Assembly: GCA_963712905.1 (NCBI GenBank)
Contig: CAVQJU010000006.1
Coordinates: forward strand, 11,061-75,060
Length of the DNA stretch: 64,000 nucleotides
Reading direction: 5' to 3'
Source: an uncultured Acidobacteriota bacterium
GTDB taxonomy: Bacteria; Acidobacteriota; Vicinamibacteria; Vicinamibacterales; CAVVIG01
Every line of letters begins with the position of its first letter. Positions within the stretch are counted from its first letter, which is position 1. The notes below the pieces were generated by a model. It saw only the letters and a program-made list of their open reading frames with translations. It was not told the origin of the DNA and did not search any database. The translations under genes were made by a program, and so were the position numbers. This document shows positions 61,572-64,000 of the stretch, one piece after another.

Positions 61572-62369
61572 CTATGGCGGCGAGGGACGGCACCGCGAGG
61601 CGAGCAGCCCGGTGGCTGTAGTGAGATCCAGATCGGCCACGAGCAGGCCTTCCTGGCCGTACGGCTGATAGCACTGCACCGTCCCGTCAGGCCGAACGAC
61701 CGCCGACGTCGTGCCTGAACCCTCGCTCGCGCAGTTCACCGACGCGAAGTAGCACGTATTCTCCGCCGCGCGGCAGAGCATGGCTTTTTCGTGGAACGTG
61801 TTGGCGGGATCGGCGAAGGTCGCGGGCCGATAGCTTCCGGGTTCGGCGACGTGCGCATGCGGGTGAAACACAACCTGCGCACCGCGACGTACGGCCCAAC
61901 GCACCGTTTCCGGATAGCGCCAGCCTTCGTGGCAGATCACCACGCCGAACGTCAGCGGCCCCAGGGTGAACACGCGACGCTCGGTCCCGAGCGCGGGGTA
62001 GATGCCTTCCTCCGACGGGTCGATCTGGCCCTTGTCCTGCCAGCCGGCGATGGCGCCGTCGGGATTGAACACGCACGCGGCGATCTGCAGGCCCTGGTCG
62101 GTGACCCGCTCCGTACCCAGAATCACCGCGACGCCGGCAAGTCGTGCGGCGTCCCCCACCGCGGCCCACGCGCGCTCGAGGAACACGGGATCGGGCGGCG
62201 CCGCATGCCGGCCCGGCCATCGATAGCCGGGGACGAAGCATTCGGGAAAGCAGATCACAGTCGCGCCTCGGCGACCGGCTTCCGCAATGGCAGATGTCGC
62301 GAGGTGGACGGAGTCGTCCGGCGTCTTTGAAACGCGGATGTTTGCGAGGGCGATGCGAACGGTGGCGAT
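61572..62369 (-). CDS. Carbon-nitrogen hydrolase (nitrilase superfamily)
   Basis: VRIALAN, CFPEC (Glu), QDK (Lys), VICHEG (Cys); frame extends to an ATC codon behind AGGAGG. Confidence 0.9.
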   Translation of the reverse strand: MATVRIALANIRVSKTPDDSVHLATSAIAEAGRRGATVICFPECFVPGYRWPGRHAAPPDPVFLERAWAAVGDAARLAGVAVILGTERVTDQGLQIAACVFNPDGAIAGWQDKGQIDPSEEGIYPALGTERRVFTLGPLTFGVVICHEGWRYPETVRWAVRRGAQVVFHPHAHVAEPGSYRPATFADPANTFHEKAMLCRAAENTCYFASVNCASEGSGTTSAVVRPDGTVQCYQPYGQEGLLVADLDLTTATGLLASRCRPSPP

Positions 62370-62413
62370 GAGCGTCCTCCTCTCAGATCGTCAGGTAGAC
62401 GATACTATCGCCT

Positions 62414-64000
62414 GTGCTCCGAGGGCCGCAAAGCGCATTCCGATCGTCAATCGTCAACCTGTGGGTCGCGCCGCTCGCGTTCTATTTTCTCGCGTTCTGC
62501 CTGCTGACGTACCCGCTGATTCTGAGCTTCCCTTCCCACTTCTTCGCCGACGCCGGGGACGGGCTTCAGAACGTCTGGAATCTCTGGTGGGTGCGGAAAG
62601 CCATCGTCGAACTCCACACGTCGCCGTGGTACACCACCTTCCTCCACCACCCGTCCGGCGTCTCGCTGCTCGGGCACACCCTGAACCCGTTCAACGGATT
62701 CCTCGGACTGCTGCTCCAGCCGTTCCTCAGCCTCATCGCCACACACAACGCCATCGTCGTCTTCTCGTTCGTCGTGGCGGGCCTGACGGCATTCAGGCTG
62801 GCCCTGCATGTCACGAAATCGGTACTGGGGCAGCATCATCGCCGGATATGTGTTCACGTTCTCCCAGTACCATTTCACGCACGCCGAGGGACACCTTCAG
62901 CTCGTGGCACTCGAGTGGATCCCGCTCTTCACGCTCTGCTGGCTGCGACTGGTGATCAAGCCGAGCGTCGGCAGAGCCGTCGCCGCATCCCTGGCTTTGC
63001 TGCTCGTCGCGCTCTGCGACTACTACTATCTCTTCTACTGCGTGCTCGCGGGGGCGATGATTGGCGGCTGGCACGTCTGGGGCCTTCGCGCCGCGCTGGC
63101 GGAGTACGCGCGCCGCGCCTGGCGTCCGATCGCCGTGTTTACCGGCGCCACGCTGGCGACTTCCGGAGTCCTGCTCGCATCGCTGCTACGTTTGAACGCG
63201 GCGGACCCGCTCGGCGGCGAGCACCAGTCCTTCGCCTTCTCGCTCGATGCTCTCGCGCTGTTCATCCCGGGTGGGCATTGGCGTTTCGCCACCCTGACGA
63301 AGTCCTACTTCGAGCGCCTGCCCGGCAACATCCACGAGAGCAGCGTATACATCGGCCTTCCGGCCGTCCTGCTCTCAATCTATGTCTGGTGGCAGCGGGA
63401 ACGCCTTCGGCCTAAACATCCCTCGCTGTATCTGTGGTTCGGCCTCATGCTGTTCTTTGCGGCGATGGCACTCGGGCCCGTGCTGCGCTTCGCCGGCCTC
63501 GTCATTTACGACGGCCCGATGCCCTACTCCGCGCTCGAAGCCGCTTTTCCGTCCCTTCGACTCTCCGGTGTGCCGGTCCGGATGGTGGTGATGGTGACGC
63601 TGGCGGCTTCCATCATCGTGGCAATCGGCGTTCAAGCGCTGCTGGACAGACCCGTCGTCAATCCGGCGCGCCGTTCGCTGATGGTGGGGCTGGCAGGTGT
63701 CGTGATGTTTGTCGACTCGCTGCCGCAGCCGATTCCGCGGACGAGGCCGATCGTCCCCGAGTACGTCACGGTCCTCAGCCACCTGCCCCGCTCCGGGGCG
63801 GTGCTCGACCCGTTGGGAGACCAGTACCTGGCTCTCTACTACCAGACAATCCATCAGATGCCGCTGGCCGACGGATACGTGTCGCGGCTCCCGCTCAGCG
63901 TGACTCAGGCGCTGCTCAGCAAATACGACGACGCGAACGCCGGTCGATACCATGAGCTCCTTCACCGTTACAACGTCCGCTATGTCGTGACGCGTTCGAC
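62414..64000 (+). CDS. Multi-TM GT-C/YfhO-like membrane glycosyltransferase, frameshift near 62830, runs off window
   Basis: DGLQNVWNLWWV, HPSGVSL; after the shift FSQYHFTHAEGHLQL, P.RMVVM, YYQTIHQMPLADGYVSR. Confidence 0.75.

Noticed and set aside
6900-62900. Programmed frameshifting or mass pseudogenisation from the many single-base frameshifts (USP, ATPase, HAD, kinase, regulator, G8, monooxygenase, GT-C)
   Set aside because: No slippery motifs noticed and the genes are otherwise intact; long-read consensus indel errors are the simpler explanation. Needs read polishing to settle.

Overview
GC-rich bacterial window. The gene repertoire (CarboxypepD-type TonB receptor, two DUF6152 genes, TIGR03435, PadR + membrane protein, TIGR02999 ECF + Ser/Thr kinase, PEP-CTERM) points to Acidobacteriota, probably Vicinamibacterales-like. 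It reads as the distal part of a large accretion island anchored at a tRNA-Glu gene. A 46-bp 3' fragment of tRNA-Glu(TTC) at 6312-6357 is flanked on both sides by paired TGTGGGCG arm-like sites, and its 70-bp left flank recurs at 35833-35902. At least five more intergenic, co-oriented TTGGGGACG-type copies (some clearly tRNA 3'-end-like) punctuate 40.7-51.9 kb and delimit short 1-5 gene modules in an integron-like way. I found no integrase and no intact tRNA in the window. Cargo includes HigBA, an ECF/anti-sigma-controlled RND efflux operon, a periplasmic redox/Mo-oxidoreductase operon, a P-type H+-ATPase, a multicopper oxidase, otsA, a two-component system, lgt, a G8-domain protein and many orphan genes. 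Many genes carry single-base frameshifts, probably long-read consensus errors. A separate set has clean internal deletions or truncations, suggesting real decay. All family calls are from motif recognition by eye; no database searches were run.
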